A DNA stretch of 64,000 nt from the NCBI GenBank assembly GCA_000091205.1, contig AP006495.2; one strand, given 5' to 3'. How positions within the stretch are numbered: the first letter of the stretch is position 1; each line of letters opens with the position of its first letter. Both the position numbers and the translations under genes were made by a program. The stretch comes from Cyanidioschyzon merolae (lineage: Eukaryota). The notes under the pieces are model-generated. The model was given only the letters and a program-made list of their open reading frames with translations. It was not told where the DNA came from and made no database searches. Of the stretch, positions 20,985 through 32,253 are shown in pieces.

Positions 20985-21662
20985 GTGGACAGCATGCAGA
21001 AATCTAGTTTTATATGGGCGTTGATTTTCGGTGTGTTCGCACTATGGCTCCAAGTGCCTAGTGTCCAGGCTTGGTCGTACACCATGACACCGTTGTACGA
21101 GTTCACGCCTACGTGCACGCCGACGCCAATGTGTACGCCCACACCCACTTGTACGCCGACGCCGACCTGCACACCCGTCTTCGAGCCAAAGCACTATCAC
21201 GAGTACGTGCTCTGTGGCGACTATACCCAGACTGGAGACATTGAAAAATGTGAAAAATACGGATGTCGCTGGATTCCGACCAATTACTGCGGACTGGAAA
21301 ACGAATGGGCCCAGTACAAAGGCGTCTGCGTGGTGATCCCGAACAAGGCCCCCGAATGCCAGAATATTCCATACTTCAAGCGCATCAACTGCGGATACGA
21401 TGGAATCACGCCGCATGAGTGCGCCGAGCGCGGTTGCTGCTGGGAAGGCGGCCCGAATCGTTACAACTGGTGCTACTACCCTCGCAAGTGCCGCGATGTC
21501 TGCGTCGAGGAGGTCACAGCCGAGGGAGAAGTCTGTGTGGAATGGACCAAGCCCAAAGGTTACGGCAAGCAGGAAGAGAAACCGGTCTGCATCAAGTGGA
21601 AGCCCAAGACCAAGTGCCTCAAATACGTCAAAGAATGCAGTGACGAGTGCTACAAACCCTAG
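20985..21662 (+). CDS. Secreted Cys-rich protein with a Thr/Pro linker repeat and a trefoil (P-type) domain, preceded by a degenerate P-like module
   Basis: Signal peptide MQKSSFIWALIFGVFALWLQVPSVQA. (TPTC/TPTPMC) x5 repeat. KRINCGYDGITPHECAERGCCWEGG fits the trefoil signature R-x2-C-x-[FY]-x3-T-x3-C-x4-C-C-W. Confidence 0.7.
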   Translation: MDSMQKSSFIWALIFGVFALWLQVPSVQAWSYTMTPLYEFTPTCTPTPMCTPTPTCTPTPTCTPVFEPKHYHEYVLCGDYTQTGDIEKCEKYGCRWIPTNYCGLENEWAQYKGVCVVIPNKAPECQNIPYFKRINCGYDGITPHECAERGCCWEGGPNRYNWCYYPRKCRDVCVEEVTAEGEVCVEWTKPKGYGKQEEKPVCIKWKPKTKCLKYVKECSDECYKP

Positions 21663-21920
21663 ACAGGACCGAATGGGATGACGACCAGCACCAAGGCCTC
21701 GTGGCTTCCACGACCAAAGTGTATCCAACGGAATTCAATCAGTCAGTCAATCAATCTTACATCATGGATCGATTCGGAACGATGCAAGGAACGATCGCAC
21801 GACGACGACGTCGCCGCCTAGCGCAGCGATGCCTGCACGCATCGCGTCAGTATCGATCACCGGGTGAAGCGGGTGCGTGCGTGCGCGCGCGCCTAACGTC
21901 CGCCAGGAATGGACACGCGG

Positions 21921-21955
21921 CGTGCGTGCGTGCGTGCATGCGTGCGTGCGTGCAC
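21921..21955. repeat. (GCGT)n/(TGCG)n alternating purine-pyrimidine microsatellite in the 460-bp spacer upstream of the oxidoreductase gene
   Basis: gcgtgcgtgcgtgcatgcgtgcgtgcgtgcacgg. Confidence 0.6.
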
Positions 21956-22122
21956 GGATCACCTGGAACAGATGCGTGCTCGTGCAAAGAGAAAAAAGAC
22001 AAGGAATGCCTGATATAAAGGAAGCGTGAATGACTGCTCTCTTATGAACCAGTTGCTTCTTGTGACTGCGTCCCAATACCTTAGCAACCCAAGCGCTTGA
22101 GACACTGCACCCACTTCAAATA

Positions 22123-23634
22123 ATGTCAGAGCGTCCGCGAGTACTGGTAATTGGTGCGGGCGCTGCCGGTTGTGCAGCTGCTTGGAGCCTGGCTCGCTCC
22201 GGCGACGCAGTGGCTGTTGAAGTCTGGGAGAAGGCTGCTGTGGCGGGAGGTGTCGCATCAACGCAGCGATGGAAAGGGTACTGGTTCAACGATGGTGTCC
22301 AGGGCGGTGCACCGTGCTACGCAAACACGTTTCGCTTGCACGCTGCGGCGGGCTTCGAACCGCGTCCGGTTCACATGACGATCAACTTCGGGAAAGGTCC
22401 AACCTGGTGGAATAATTACGGCGAGAAGCTGGAAACTGATCTCGTGCGCCAGTTGCGCCCGGAAATTCGACGTTTCGGGCAGCTACTGGAACGAGTGAAC
22501 CGCCTTCCCTGGTTGTATATCTGGGTTCCAATAGCGAGATTGCTGCGCTGGCACGGTTTCTCGAAATCGTTCATCAATTTAATGGTTCTTCCGCTGACTG
22601 CGCTTTTCTTCGGGACCGGGAATCAGACTCCAAAAGTGTCAGCGGTGATTGTTGCCCGCGTTTTTCTCGACCCGCACATGCGACTCTTTGCCTACGATCC
22701 GGATCGATTGCTCTCGACACAGCCGCTCATGTTTGCCTTCGATGCCCTGGAAAGCATCTACACTGCAATGCTGAAGCATCCTGGCATCGAGCGCGTGTGC
22801 TACGAACGCGAGGCGTGCCGTCTTGAGGCGCTGCCAGATGGCGTCTGGGTGACCGACCACAACCAACGACGTGAGCGCTTTTCGCAGGTCATTCTGGCGA
22901 CCGATGCGCAGACTGCCTTGAAGTTACTGGGATCGGGAGCTACCTTCATGGAACGTAACGTGCTCGGACGGGTCCGCTATTTCCATGACGTCACCGTCAC
23001 GCATACCGACGAGGCATACATGGACCGATACTACCAAATGGACCCCGATCGGCGCACAGATATGTACTTTGTAAGAACAGACCCAGTGGATCCGTCCTGC
23101 ATTGATATGAGTTTTCTGCTCTCCGCATACCAGGAGCAATTGCGGGATGCGCACGGCGAGCCGCTGCCGCTCTTTCAGACGATATTTCTGAACAAAGAGG
23201 AGCGGCATCGCTGGACCATGGATGAAATTCGCCGCGATCAGATCGTACTTGTGCGCTGGTGGAAGCAAATGTCGCATGAATGGAGGCATTTCGTGCAAGT
23301 TGTTCCGTTTGTGCGGTTCATTCAAGGTGGGCGTCACGGAAACCTCTGGTACGCCGGCTCCTGGACCCTGATGAATATTCACGAGGTGGCGATCTGCTCC
23401 GGGCTAGCAGCCGCAGAAGCTTGCGGCTGGGCGCTGTCGAAGCAGACGGGTAAATCCCCGATCGGTGCGTATCCGTTCGAACGCGACGCCGATGCAAGCC
23501 GCTTCTACACCATGTATGCGAAGACCGCCTACGGAAGTCGATTCCGAGAGCGGTTGCGAAATGCGCGCAGGGCATCCGCGGCAACCGTGGAACCACTGCA
23601 GCCTTCGGCGCCAGGCACCCCCATGGAGTCGTAG
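22123..23634 (+). CDS. FAD/NAD(P)-binding oxidoreductase (amine-oxidase-like Rossmann fold), 503 aa
   Basis: N-terminal dinucleotide-binding motif VLVIGAGAAGCAAAWSLARSG...VWEKAAVAGG. The C-terminal GSWTLMNIHEVAICSGLAAAEA resembles bacterial NAD/FAD oxidoreductases of the amine-oxidase clan. Confidence 0.7.
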   Translation: MSERPRVLVIGAGAAGCAAAWSLARSGDAVAVEVWEKAAVAGGVASTQRWKGYWFNDGVQGGAPCYANTFRLHAAAGFEPRPVHMTINFGKGPTWWNNYGEKLETDLVRQLRPEIRRFGQLLERVNRLPWLYIWVPIARLLRWHGFSKSFINLMVLPLTALFFGTGNQTPKVSAVIVARVFLDPHMRLFAYDPDRLLSTQPLMFAFDALESIYTAMLKHPGIERVCYEREACRLEALPDGVWVTDHNQRRERFSQVILATDAQTALKLLGSGATFMERNVLGRVRYFHDVTVTHTDEAYMDRYYQMDPDRRTDMYFVRTDPVDPSCIDMSFLLSAYQEQLRDAHGEPLPLFQTIFLNKEERHRWTMDEIRRDQIVLVRWWKQMSHEWRHFVQVVPFVRFIQGGRHGNLWYAGSWTLMNIHEVAICSGLAAAEACGWALSKQTGKSPIGAYPFERDADASRFYTMYAKTAYGSRFRERLRNARRASAATVEPLQPSAPGTPMES

Positions 23635-24961
23635 CGGGTACATAGCGTGCAGCACACGCTCGGCTGATGACGATGGTTGCCACCCGCTGCCTGATCGACG
23701 AGGCGCGGCAGTTCGGTGACGCAAGTTGCCGATGCGTGGCCCCGGCTTGCCCGAACTGGACACCAAGTCTATATCAGTCGAACATGGAGTCGGCGCTGGT
23801 CAGTTCCCGGATGACGAAATACGAGACGCACGCTGCTTGTGTGTGGAATGCGTCGGCCTATGCGTTGCACTACCCGAAAGTGGCCTAGACGCCTCACGTC
23901 CGACAATGTTCATGGAGGTGCGCGTAGCAACCCTGGATGCTGCGCGATGCAACCCTATGATTCAGGTTACCGTGTTTGATCCAGCAGCCGTCGAGTTCAG
24001 AACACTGGTCGCACACTATTCGGTGAGACGGCTTTCACGTCCGGCACCAAACACGCCCGCTTCCGTACACTGGCCTGGGCGTGACCTCGGCATGTGCGTC
24101 GCGCAGATAACCAGCGTCCTGGGTTCGTGTTACCGTTCGCTGCGCCTTCGTCGTGCCAAAGTGTCTGCAGCGATATCACCGAAGCGTCTTGGATACGTGC
24201 AGTGCGATTGGCGTGCAACGCTCGTACACCCAGGGAATGCCGCTTCGAGCTTCGCGGCTCGCGGGCGACGTGTAGACAGCATGAGCGAGCGCCCTGGTAG
24301 CGCGTTCGGAGCGCGCCACGCACGAACCCCAGACGCTCGCTGACGCCGGCGCTCTGACTCAGCGTCCACCCATTTGTGTGCAGTCTGAAAGTGCTTCTTG
24401 GACCAGCGATCAATCGACAGGCTTTTTACGGGGGCCTCCGCACCGACCCGATGACAAGGGCAACAACGACCAGCAGCGCAATCGCATTTACATTCGTCCA
24501 CTCGATGGGCGAGTTTTTTACTTAAGAATAAAGGCGGACCCCGTGTGATTCGAAGAGAATCCACATCCATACGCGCCTGGACACCACTGTTATCGTGGTG
24601 CAGCATAGGACCCTCATACCGATATTTCGAGCGTTCAACATGCATACCGGGACAAGGAATCGAAGAAATGTGGTCCCTTTGATCAAGTGATCGATCGAGC
24701 GGATGACGCAGTCGCTCGGTGCGTTTGCAGCGTCGCCTGGGAGGTTCGTCGGACGGCGAGAAGCCCGCAGCGGACCCCACACGTCACCTCCGCGTAACCC
24801 CGAGTTGCTTCAAGTCAACAGCGGATATCGCCAGCGGCGCACCGTGTGCATCGTGAGCCTTATCACGAACGTTCGCAATTTCACGATCACTACCGTTCCA
24901 GGGCGAAATGCGATCAAGTCGCTTTATATAACGTAATGCCTCGTAAGCGTAGAGCTTATGC

Positions 24962-27901
24962 TTAGCACACACCTTGCCAGGTTGTCACATCGCCGCTTAC
25001 GCTGAGCGTTGGCTTCCGCACGACAACGCGTTCACCAGCATGCAAATAGAACACGAAACGCTCTAGCGGAACGTGCGCACAGCGAGACAAGTTGGACGGC
25101 GGCGGGAGTGCATCCAGCGCCTGCAACGTCAGCCTCAGTTGCAGCGACGTCGATCCATTGGCAAGTCGCTGTCCCATTGCTGCGATTCGCCAGAAACAAT
25201 AATCGCCTCGTTGGTAACCGTAAGAAAGACCGTCATCCAAATAGAGCATGCCACGGGCTTGGAATCCAGCATCCAAGGCAACGTGCAGAGTCAGCGGATC
25301 CCCGAGCATCAGGCTGCTTGAGCGACGCTGTCGCTCCCAGCGCGGTATGATCGAGCCACCGCGTTGGAACACATACATCGATGAGAGTGCTGGTTTTGGA
25401 TAAACTAGGGTATCTTGCCCCCGATGGACAAGATGCTCGCCAGAGAAAAGTCGTCGTGTGCGCGGCAGTACTGGATACCAGCAGAGCGAAGCTGGTCCCG
25501 GCAGTGTGATGCGATGCGTTGACGGGGCTGCTTCCAGTACTGGAGCAACCAGCAAGGCGTCGCCCAAGAGCCAGCTAGACTGAACTCCCGCCAGCGACGA
25601 TTCATCAGGAAACACGTAAAAAAGCGGCCGAATGACAGGTAGCGTGCGTTCGGCCGCGAAGAGCACGTACCAGTACGGTAGCAATGCGTAGCGCTCTTGA
25701 ATCGCCTCTCGAATGAGGCTCGTATACGGTTCACCGAATAACCACGGCTCCCGTCGCTTGGTGTCCAAGTGCGCGTGACCACGGAAAAACGGCTGATAGG
25801 CGGCTGCTTGATACCAACGCGTCAGCAGGTCGGCTTGCGGGTTCCCGAAAAAGCCCCCAACATCCGCCCCGACAAACGCGATGCCCGCCACGCTGATCGA
25901 GAGCAGCATCGGCACCGAGGCTGCCAGGTGTGACCACTGGGCAGCGTTGTCGCCTGTCCAGACTGCCCCGAATCGCTGGCTTCCCGTGAAAAAACTGCGG
26001 GAAAGAACGAAGGGTCTCAGGTTCCCTTGCCGGCCGCGATAAAGGCCCTCAAAGGTCGCTCGGTGCACCATGTGTCCGTAGATGTTGTGGATATCGGAAT
26101 GTTCTAAAGCGCCCAGCCGATGGCGGACGTTTTTCGGAAAGGTGCCTTCGGGTCCATTGAACACTGAAGGCTCGTTCATATCAACCCAAATGTGGAGGTG
26201 CTCTGTCATGCCATGGTAGAACGACGGAACGAAACACGAGCTCCAGCCGGTCTGTACGCGCGGATCCATAAAGTCTGGGTAGTGACTCTTTCCTGGCCAG
26301 CACCAGCCCTCGTAGATAGAGACGCCGTCACCAGAGCGAACGTACCAGTCCTCCTTCAGGGCTCGTTCGTGCAGCGAGTAATTCGGTTCCGCCTTGATAT
26401 GCGGATCCACGATGGTGACCAGCTTCCGTTTGGCCTTCTCGAAAAGCGTTTGCTGCAGGCGAGCGGGGTCAGGAAATTTCGCTCCGTCCCAGGTGAAGTA
26501 CTTCTTGTTGTCTGTGTGCTCGATATCCAGCCACAGCACATCGTACGGAATGTCATTCGCATCAAACTGACCATCCACATGGAGGGCGTCCGCCTCATCA
26601 CGATAATTCCAGCGCGACTGGTGATAGCCCAGTGCAAACACTGGAGGCAGTGGTGCATGTCCCGTCAGTAGGGCCAGCTGTTGCGAGACCTCCACCGGAG
26701 ACGGGCCCGCAAACACGAACATCTCCGGGATACCTCGTTCAGAAATGAAGTGCGCATGTGGCATCGCGGTTCCGCGCTCCTGGTCTAACAACGGACACAA
26801 GTCTACGTAGGTTTCGCTTGCCGGCATCCAGAGCGCTCCAACGGTATGCGCGGATCCATTGAGAGCCAGGATGAAGGGTATCGATCCGTAGAGACCCAGC
26901 TCGCTATTCAGTTCGTATTCGAAGACGTCCAGGTTGTAGAGACGAAGAGGCTCTCTCGTACAGGTCGTGGGTAAGCGCAGATCCAGCGCATGTTCCGGAA
27001 GGCCGTACAACCCAATAGCACGAGGAAAGGCAACATCTGCCGCAACGGAACCAGCTGCTGTGGTATTTGCGTCCAGCGGGATCCAAGCGAGGAGCTCCGC
27101 TGCGTTCCAAACCAGTGAAGGACGGGTAGTGGTGGCAGTGGAATTCTGCAGCAAGGCACACCAGTCCGCAACGTTGTTGAAGAGCGCTATCCGACATGGT
27201 TCGTGTTGGACCCGCAGTACGTTATAGACGGGTTCTGTTGAGGCGTGGCTTGTACTTGCAGTAACGATAACGGTTTCCGTGTCCGACGAAAGCCATGCTG
27301 CGGACGACACGTACGGACAGGAGGTTGCTGTACTCGCAGCGAGTCGCTCCAACTGCAACCACGGTTCCCGATACATCATAACGTCTTCGACTGGTGAGTA
27401 GCGTTCATACTTTGAGACGGATGCGTGCTGCTTCCTTCGTCGCAGGAGCCCAAGCTGAATCGTGTCGCTGGGTGGAGGCTCACGTACTCGAATCGAGAAG
27501 ATCGAGTGCGTAACAGCTCCTACTTCGAGTTGGAGCTGAGACAACGTCCCCGAATCATTTGCTTCCCGCTGCAACAGCTCAAAAATGAGAACCGATGATG
27601 ATGTTTTCTGCAAGCGAAACGGCTCCGGCTCTCTGAGTCGGCATCGAGTACCTGGAGCCGTAGCGTTTGCCGCTAGTTCCTGTTGCGAGGTCTGTTGCTC
27701 TCGACGCTGTCTGTGGTAGGCACAGAAACTTTGCGTCGAACAGCGGGCGTATTTGCCTCGTTCTGCAGCCTGAACGCCTGCCAGTTCCCAGATCAGAAAG
27801 CATAAAACGAAGATGAAGCCAACGGTGCTCCACAGGGGATACTGCGACCCTGCTCGGAACCTAGCGCGCTGCATGACTTGTTCCAGCGCATGTACGGACA
27901 C
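24962..27901 (-). CDS. Glycoside hydrolase family 31 alpha-glucosidase (glucosidase II alpha / neutral alpha-glucosidase-like), 979 aa, with an N-terminal signal anchor
   Basis: GH31 catalytic region HIWVDMNEPSVF, GDNAAQWSHL, WYQAAAYQPFFRGHAHLDTKRREPW. Hydrophobic N-terminus VGFIFVLCFLIWELAGV. Confidence 0.9.
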   Translation of the reverse strand: MSVHALEQVMQRARFRAGSQYPLWSTVGFIFVLCFLIWELAGVQAAERGKYARCSTQSFCAYHRQRREQQTSQQELAANATAPGTRCRLREPEPFRLQKTSSSVLIFELLQREANDSGTLSQLQLEVGAVTHSIFSIRVREPPPSDTIQLGLLRRRKQHASVSKYERYSPVEDVMMYREPWLQLERLAASTATSCPYVSSAAWLSSDTETVIVTASTSHASTEPVYNVLRVQHEPCRIALFNNVADWCALLQNSTATTTRPSLVWNAAELLAWIPLDANTTAAGSVAADVAFPRAIGLYGLPEHALDLRLPTTCTREPLRLYNLDVFEYELNSELGLYGSIPFILALNGSAHTVGALWMPASETYVDLCPLLDQERGTAMPHAHFISERGIPEMFVFAGPSPVEVSQQLALLTGHAPLPPVFALGYHQSRWNYRDEADALHVDGQFDANDIPYDVLWLDIEHTDNKKYFTWDGAKFPDPARLQQTLFEKAKRKLVTIVDPHIKAEPNYSLHERALKEDWYVRSGDGVSIYEGWCWPGKSHYPDFMDPRVQTGWSSCFVPSFYHGMTEHLHIWVDMNEPSVFNGPEGTFPKNVRHRLGALEHSDIHNIYGHMVHRATFEGLYRGRQGNLRPFVLSRSFFTGSQRFGAVWTGDNAAQWSHLAASVPMLLSISVAGIAFVGADVGGFFGNPQADLLTRWYQAAAYQPFFRGHAHLDTKRREPWLFGEPYTSLIREAIQERYALLPYWYVLFAAERTLPVIRPLFYVFPDESSLAGVQSSWLLGDALLVAPVLEAAPSTHRITLPGPASLCWYPVLPRTRRLFSGEHLVHRGQDTLVYPKPALSSMYVFQRGGSIIPRWERQRRSSSLMLGDPLTLHVALDAGFQARGMLYLDDGLSYGYQRGDYCFWRIAAMGQRLANGSTSLQLRLTLQALDALPPPSNLSRCAHVPLERFVFYLHAGERVVVRKPTLSVSGDVTTWQGVC

Positions 27902-28599
27902 AACGACAGTTACCGACTGGACCTCAAACGCCGTCGCCTACACAGAACAGACCGCGTGCAACTGAGCGACCCCTAAACCTATCGCCTGCCTAGGCACGCT
28001 GCGTCTACTAAGAAACGACGCTGAGGACGATTTGGCTGGAGCCGCGGCGACGACACTGCGCAGCAGTGCCTTTTGAACGATCCATAGACGAGTGTGGATC
28101 GCTGGGGAACTGGGTACTCCTCGATCCTTGGATACCTAGAACGCTGCATCGTAAGCTGGCTGTCTAGTTGTTTGGTTCGTTAACTCTAAAGAGCTCCCAG
28201 TGATGTTTGCTATGTCATACCGATGCGTTTGAACAGCATCACTGGGAGTGCACCGGCGATGCTGGCATCTAGGCGAGAGACGATTATGCTGCTCCCGATA
28301 TGTTGACATTGGCACGACCCAACGCGCTGTTCCAAGCGCTGGAGCACTACGCTGTGTCTTGAATCTGAATATTTTCGCGGCTAATGTGAGGCTTCTGTTT
28401 CACCAGTCGGTTGCGTTTGTTCATCCGGTGAAGGCTTGCTTGCGTTGAACGTTCCGTCGACGTCGAAGGCATCAATGATCCATGCGTAGCGAAGCTGGTT
28501 ATGTCCAACGCGCCGCCCTGAGGCATGAACCATCATGTGTGCACTTTTCGCTTCATACGAATGCTGTTGTGGTTGCGGATGGATAGGGGATCTGCTGGG

Positions 28600-31176
28600 C
28601 AAACACTCGAGCATCGATGCAGTGTCTGAATAGCTCCGTTATACACAGTGCACCGGTGTCTAGACCACGTGCGTCAGCATGCTGTTTATGATTTTCTGTG
28701 TTCCTCTGGCAGGTGTTTAACAGAAAGCATGTGTCCTGTTGCTTGGAGAGAGACAGAGGTGGCAGAATGACGTTATGTTGTCATTGACGCTTTGCGAAAA
28801 AACAACCTTACTTGTACGAGAGAATTACTCCGCAGTCAGCGGATGGATGATGCACGCTTCTCGCATACCTTATGCTGAAAGCGCATCAAACGCGGAATCT
28901 GTCGAGCTGTATCATCAGGACGTTCTGCTCGTAGATCCATTCCACGGTGTGCATTGCATTCGATATACTGTCATAGAAGGTACAGGATGTGAAGTTTCCG
29001 TACCATTGATACGAAAGATAATGACGCGAGGCGGATGAGCGAGAAAGAAGCTCGCCCTCGTAGGAGACCAGTGCTCGTCTGCAACACACACGATGGATGT
29101 CGAACGGAGACGGGAACGCTTATGATAGGAGCGGTGGGTTTTCGTTTCACACGATGAGAATTCATGGTCGACAAATGGTAGAGTTATATGTTGCCCGTCA
29201 TAATGGGGCGAATCGGTGTTCGTAACGAAGAGACAAGCGAGCGTGACGGCGGGATTAACACGAGCGACGATGCGATTGTGGTATCACCTGTAAACCGCCT
29301 ATCCGACAGGATCACCCATGAGCTGATCCTCCGTGGAAACACTTTGTGGCCTCTCGTTCGTAAATTCATCTGTGCTGTTGTGAGACAACGTCAGTATCCG
29401 TCCCTCGTACTGGGTCAAGGAGCACGCAGCTGGGCACGGTGCTGGACTGCTCGTGGTGCCTGCCTATTCTCGTTGATTCGATCCCGTCGAAGACGTCGTC
29501 TACGTTGGCAAACGCTGTGAGGCGCTGACGGAGCAATAGACGAGTTTTTTGTATCTGTGGCATCGTTCTTGAGCGAGTCGTTCACTAGCTTCACGAACCC
29601 TGAATTGCGCAGTTGCTTCTTCATGTGAGCGGAGGAAGGAGCGGAAACGCGCGCGACTGTTGGCGGTCGTGCTCGCGACGCAGACGAGGACGAAAACATA
29701 CGAAAGAAAGCGTATATACATGTATAGAAGAGGAGTGTCTGCGTACTGCATTCCATCCAGTGCGTCTGCATGTCGGGGAAAGCGACCGGATACGGGGCAC
29801 AGCGCCAGCATTCATGTCACTCCAACCACAGAAAGGCTAACGAGCAGAAACCCATCTGACAGAGAAGGACAAGACGCTTTCGAGAAAAGGACGTCAAGGG
29901 ACAGGAAGGCGAAGCTGCTGGAGCGGAACCATACGTCTGAGACGGTGGCTAGGCCTCGCTCCAAAAGAAAAACCCAACAAGCGAGAGCATTTCCTCGAAC
30001 GTGCGGTGCAGGCGCCATTGGGGATCACGTAGCCTCTGATTCGAAGAAGACTCCGCCCCGCTTGCCTTGCCTTGATGGACCCTGGCGAGGAACGGCTCAC
30101 AGGGGTTCCGGATCCAGGACTGCCTGCTGTCCACGACACTCCGGAAGGTTTCCATCAACTCTTCGTGTGACAACAAAACTGATCCGTCGGGCAGATGACG
30201 CCGCACGACCTGCTTGTAGAGTAAGAAGCTTACACGCCCGCTTCTTAGAGAACGTTGAGGCGTCTCCGCACCACTCCGGCGATCGGAACATCAACAGCAC
30301 AGGTTTCCAGAAAAGACGAAACCAAACCCCAAACGCAAATGCAGGTGCATATCAAGTGCTTCGTGAGGCAGCGCCCTGCAAGCCTTGTCTCCGGTGTGTC
30401 CGATGTACCAGGTGTGCGGTAACCTGCACGGCCCCGTCGAGTGGTGCTCATTGAAGGGGTGCTCTGCCTCAGATCGGATACGGGAACGTGGAAGTCTCGT
30501 GCGAACGATTTTGAACAGGAGTTGGCGAGCGTGCGCTGCATCCGGCAACAATGTCGGTTGCACGGAGGCAAGAACCGTCCATTCGTGACTTTTGCCCATG
30601 AGACGGAAGGGCGAATGACGGACAACTCGCGTCACTTAGTGCTGGGCTGCAGTTCTAGACGTCGTGCAGCGCGCAGAGGCTGCAGTCGTGCTCCATCGAC
30701 GGGAGCGTTTCCCGTGGGCTAGCGTGGATGCTCTACGATTCCCATGGATGCGTTCACGACAATACACGCGCATCATGAGCAAAGGTACGCTCTGAGACAC
30801 ATCGAGAAGGAGCGTGTGAAACAGATACGGATGCGCGAGATGCGCTACGGGCAGCGGACCGAACCTTCGATGACGAGACAATGGAGAGCGAGAAGCGTGC
30901 CTGGTGTGACACCACCAGCAACATTGCGGACACGCACTTGCTGCACTACGACATGAATATCTCGATGAGCACAGCGAAAAAATGTGTTTCCAAGGCGCCC
31001 TGCAGCTTTATGTCGTGCGAGAGTTATATTTTTTGAAAGAATCGTCTTGTACTCATTGTAGGCAGTGTACTGCAACGCCGGAACCTTGTGCTGAAAACCG
31101 AATCAGAGGCCAGGAGAGAGAGCGCCTTGGCGTTCCGCCTCGTGCACTGCACTAGCATGGGCTGCTTCAAAAACCA
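28600..31176. repeat. Inverted repeat copy A, about 2.5 kb. The inner boundary is sharp at 31176. The outer boundary decays gradually between 28480 and 28650
   Basis: Reverse-complement match to 47465-50040 at about 97% identity in the outer part and about 99% in the inner 1 kb. The ORF track shows mirrored near-identical ORFs (for example 30744..30956 + is identical to 47685..47897 -). Confidence 0.9.
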
Positions 31177-31179
31177 TAC

Positions 31180-31870
31180 ATTTCAGTCGATCGTAAAAAC
31201 GTTCGGCGATCATAGAATGCAGATGAACACACACCCGCAGCCGCCTCCCAGCCTTTTGTGACCGGCTGACTGCTATCGGTTCCAGTTTCTCCCTGCACTC
31301 TTCGAGCCTGAGAGGCTGCTACACCAAGTTAAATCGCGTCAGCTTCTTGAGACTTGTTTTCAGCACCACATATCTTCTGATATTAATGGCAGCATTGAAG
31401 TCGTTGTTTACGAAATCCAATCGTTTCATGCCTCTGAATAAACGCACCAATGCAAGGAGTGCAAGAACTCGTGCGCTCGTTGCCACTAGAGTCTCGCGAT
31501 TGTACCGTCAGAAAAGCACCTTTTCTCGCCTATCTGCTTTCCTGTCGTTCTTCGTCAGTTGCTCTTCTTCGCTTGATGGTCGACGAGATCAGGATTGTAT
31601 TCGTTTTGTATCCGGTACCCGGCACTGACAGCCGGCCAGAATCCGAGTCTTCCATTTCCATACTTTTCACTTGGATTTTGTAGTTCTGCAGTTGGACGCA
31701 CTCGGAGCGCATCTGCTATAACCTGCGAAAAAGCATTTCGTGATACGCACCTGACGGCGGAATACCATTGCGGTGAAAGACAAGAAGGTAGACACGTCGG
31801 TTGTTCATCGCCACATCGCCCGATGATACGCAGCGTCTGCGCATCGCATCGTCCTATTTTGTCCATTTAC
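31180..31870 (-). mobile_element. Copy (a) of a dispersed degenerate element family with a decayed ORF. It starts within about 15 bp of the inner end of inverted repeat copy A
   Basis: Nucleotide homology of about 70-75% to 42370-42875 (opposite orientation) and 60192-61012. Minus-strand translation ..ARVLALLALVRLFRGMKRLDFVNNDFNAAINIRRYVVLKTSLKKLTRFNLV* is colinear with the ORF relics in the other copies. Confidence 0.6.
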
Positions 31871-32253
31871 GTATACGATTGTTCCTAGTCGCCATGTAGA
31901 CACGTTGTCCACATGCATCCCATCTTATACAACAACTTCCACGTGCCCTGGATCCCTAGTGTCTCTCGATCCCGGCGAGCGTACGCCTCCGCGGGCGCAT
32001 TGACAGCAAGATTCCCGCGCATCCTCCAATTCGAGCTATCCGTACGAGGCTTCTTCGGCGTATGCCGCGTGATTAGCGTATGGACGAGAACGCGTTGAGA
32101 CTCACCGAGCTTGCGCCATGAAAAGACTTACTGTTGCACGATCGCGGCTGCTACAGCGCAACGCAGGAATGTGCGCTTGCGAGCGTGCACGTCCGCGAAC
32201 GCTGAGCGTAGCACGCGCTGGCACCTAAGGCCTCAGTTTTCGAGAACGCTCGC

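Noticed and set aside
29415-29771. A bHLH-like basic stretch (CQRRRRLRRDRINENRQ) in an inverted-repeat ORF, present in both copies
   Set aside because: Only the basic region resembles bHLH. The helix-loop-helix that should follow is absent (Pro-containing, and a stop follows within 17 residues). This is too weak to call a gene without a splice model
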